The position numbers were made by a program, and so were the translations under genes. A DNA stretch of 64,000 nucleotides from an uncultured archaeon. Its GTDB lineage: Archaea > Iainarchaeota > Iainarchaeia > Iainarchaeales > 1-14-0-10-31-34. Positions 62,466-64,000 of this stretch are shown one piece after another; the first letter of the stretch is position 1; each line of letters starts with the position of its first letter. The stretch spans positions 1-64,000 of the forward strand of contig CAZSOZ010000003.1 of the NCBI GenBank assembly GCA_964608675.1. Reading direction: 5' to 3'. The notes below the pieces were generated by a model, which saw nothing but the letters and a program-made list of their open reading frames with translations, was not told where the DNA came from and made no database searches.

Positions 62466-63268
62466 ATCATTTTTTTGGCTTTTTCGTAGTCTTTTTTTGT
62501 GTTAATGTTTAAGTAGATTCCTTGGAAAGGGTATCCTGTTAGAAGTCCTTTTTTTGCAAGTTTTGGGAATAAGTCGTTTGAAATGCTTTTCATGTTTCTT
62601 GAAATGTATTTGAATATTTCAGGTTCAAAAATATAGTAGCCTGCATTAATCAGATAACTTGAAGCTTCTGTTTTTGGTTTTTCTTTGAATTCAGTTATTT
62701 TTTTTCCTTGTAATACTGCTACTCCGTAATCTTTTGGGTTGTTTACGGTTGTTAATGCAATTGTTGCAGTTGATTTGTTTGCCTGATGAAATGAAAGCAT
62801 TTCATTTAAATTAAGACTGCATAATGTGTCTCCGTTTGCCACCAGAAAAGTGTCTTTTAGCTGGTTTTTCATTCTCAGCAAAGGCTCTATTGTTCCTGAT
62901 GCTTTTTCTAATTCAAGAAATTCTGCATCAATCTTTTTTTGGTTTATTTCTTGAATTATTTCTTCTTTTTCTGCATCCATGCTGACAGTAATTTTTCCTG
63001 CATTGAATTCCTGTAAATAGTTTATTACTCTTTCAATTAATGTTTTATTATTTAATTCCAGAAGAAACCTGCTTTTTTTTCCTGTTCCTTTAATGAAATC
63101 TTTTCCTCCTGCTAAAACAATTGAATTTTTTATTTTGTAGTCTGAAAGTGTTTTGGATAAAAGGTATTCTACTGCCTGGCTTCTGCTTCTGATGCTTAAT
63201 CCGTCCACTATTCTGTCTACCTGCTTTAATATATCGTCTTTTATTGTAATTGTAATTCGTTCTCTCAT
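62462..63268 (-). CDS. RHH domain fused to a degenerate nucleotidyltransferase domain (paralog of 60732)
   Basis: ERITITIK..VD..RSRSQAVEYL; LAGG is followed by KDFIKG..SRFLL instead of xGTRL..PKP. Confidence 0.82.
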   Translation of the reverse strand: MRERITITIKDDILKQVDRIVDGLSIRSRSQAVEYLLSKTLSDYKIKNSIVLAGGKDFIKGTGKKSRFLLELNNKTLIERVINYLQEFNAGKITVSMDAEKEEIIQEINQKKIDAEFLELEKASGTIEPLLRMKNQLKDTFLVANGDTLCSLNLNEMLSFHQANKSTATIALTTVNNPKDYGVAVLQGKKITEFKEKPKTEASSYLINAGYYIFEPEIFKYISRNMKSISNDLFPKLAKKGLLTGYPFQGIYLNINTKKDYEKAKKMI

Positions 63269-63290
63269 ACTTTCTCATACTATGTATGAG
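63263..63290. promoter_or_regulatory. Putative RHH operator (TCTCATACT direct repeat plus CTCATAC/GTATGAG inverted repeat) overlapping the start codon
   Basis: TCATA at 63265 and 63275, TATGA at 63285. Confidence 0.65.
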
Positions 63291-63359
63291 TCATTCTTAT
63301 TTTAAAATCTTTTTATGCCATTTTACTTTATTGTTTATTTTTTTTGGGAAGTGATTTTT

Positions 63360-64000
63360 TTGAAGATTTCTGTTATTGGAACAGGTTATGTTGGACTAAT
63401 TTCAGGCACAGGTCTTGCTTTGAATGGCCATCAAATTGTCTGTATTGACAGCAATAAAGAAAAAGTTGATTTAATTAACAGTAAAGTTCCTCCTATTTTT
63501 GAAAAAGGCCTTAAGGAAGCCTTGAATAAAATTGTTCCTGACAGGCTTTCTGCTTCATCTGATTTAAAAAAAGCTGTTTTGGATTCTGATGTTTCTTTTG
63601 TTTGTGTTGGAACTCCGTGCAGTAAAGAAGGAAAATGCGATTTGACTGCAGTTGAATCTGTTGTAAAGGAAATTGCTTTGGCTTTAAAGGAAAAGACTTC
63701 TTTTCATACAATTGTAATTAAGAGCACTGTTGTTCCTTCCACTACTGAAAAACTTGTTTTGCCTTTGCTTGAAGAATTTTCAGGAAAAAAGCTGGGAGAG
63801 TTTGGCTTGTGTATGAATCCTGAAACTTTAAGGGAAGGTTTTGCTTTAGAGGATTTTTTGAATCCTGACAGAATTATTCTTGGAATTCAGGATGATAAAA
63901 CCAGAAAAGCAATGAAGGAAGTTTATTCTTCTTTTTCTTCTCCTAAATTTTTTTGCGGTTTTTCTGAAGCTGAAATGATTAAATATGCTTCCAATTCCTT
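63360..64000 (+). CDS. UDP-glucose/GDP-mannose dehydrogenase family protein (partial, runs off the window; not in the ORF track)
   Basis: TTG start; KISVIGTGYVGL, PIFEKGL, FVCVGTP, IKSTVVP, NPETLREG, PDRIILG, AEMIKYASNS. Confidence 0.9.
   Translation, partial: MKISVIGTGYVGLISGTGLALNGHQIVCIDSNKEKVDLINSKVPPIFEKGLKEALNKIVPDRLSASSDLKKAVLDSDVSFVCVGTPCSKEGKCDLTAVESVVKEIALALKEKTSFHTIVIKSTVVPSTTEKLVLPLLEEFSGKKLGEFGLCMNPETLREGFALEDFLNPDRIILGIQDDKTRKAMKEVYSSFSSPKFFCGFSEAEMIKYASNS

Noticed and set aside
63511-63711. 66-aa minus-strand ORF
   Set aside because: Antisense to the partial UDP-glucose/GDP-mannose dehydrogenase gene on the plus strand.
1-64000. CRISPR arrays, rRNA, transposases, integrases or prophage genes
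   Set aside because: No regularly spaced repeat-spacer pattern, long GC-rich structural RNA or mobile-element motifs seen by eye.

Overview
AT-rich archaeal genomic DNA, based on GGTGA/GAGG Shine-Dalgarno motifs, TTTAAATA-type TATA boxes, a tRNA-Gln with an A1-U72 pair, a PAC2 proteasome chaperone, a geranylgeranyl reductase and an archaeosortase. Gene content suggests a DPANN archaeon, possibly Ca. Iainarchaeota/Diapherotrites (inference). The first ~40 kb is one large surface-machine locus. It holds three paralogous membrane-anchored giant proteins (2194, 2501 and 2481 aa), each carrying a distinct non-Ig insert; a 597-aa Cys-rich pilin-like protein; an archaeosortase; a VirB11/TadA-type ATPase with a double TadC-type platform protein; seven tandem class III signal peptide (pilin-like) genes, including an un-called 49-aa one; and a 1490-aa secreted protein with a sortase-like C-terminal anchor. 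Next come highly basic orphan proteins, a second Tad-like ATPase/TadC/TadC module with DUF192, a candidate small ncRNA, uppS, tRNA-Gln(CTG), a RelE-type toxin-antitoxin pair, GGR and an FN3 surface protein. The window ends with DUF368, an OPT transporter, lemA-htpX, purine salvage genes (mtnP, apt) and a sugar-nucleotide cluster containing two RHH-nucleotidyltransferase fusions that share an operator-like motif. Family calls come from motifs read by eye; no database searches were run.
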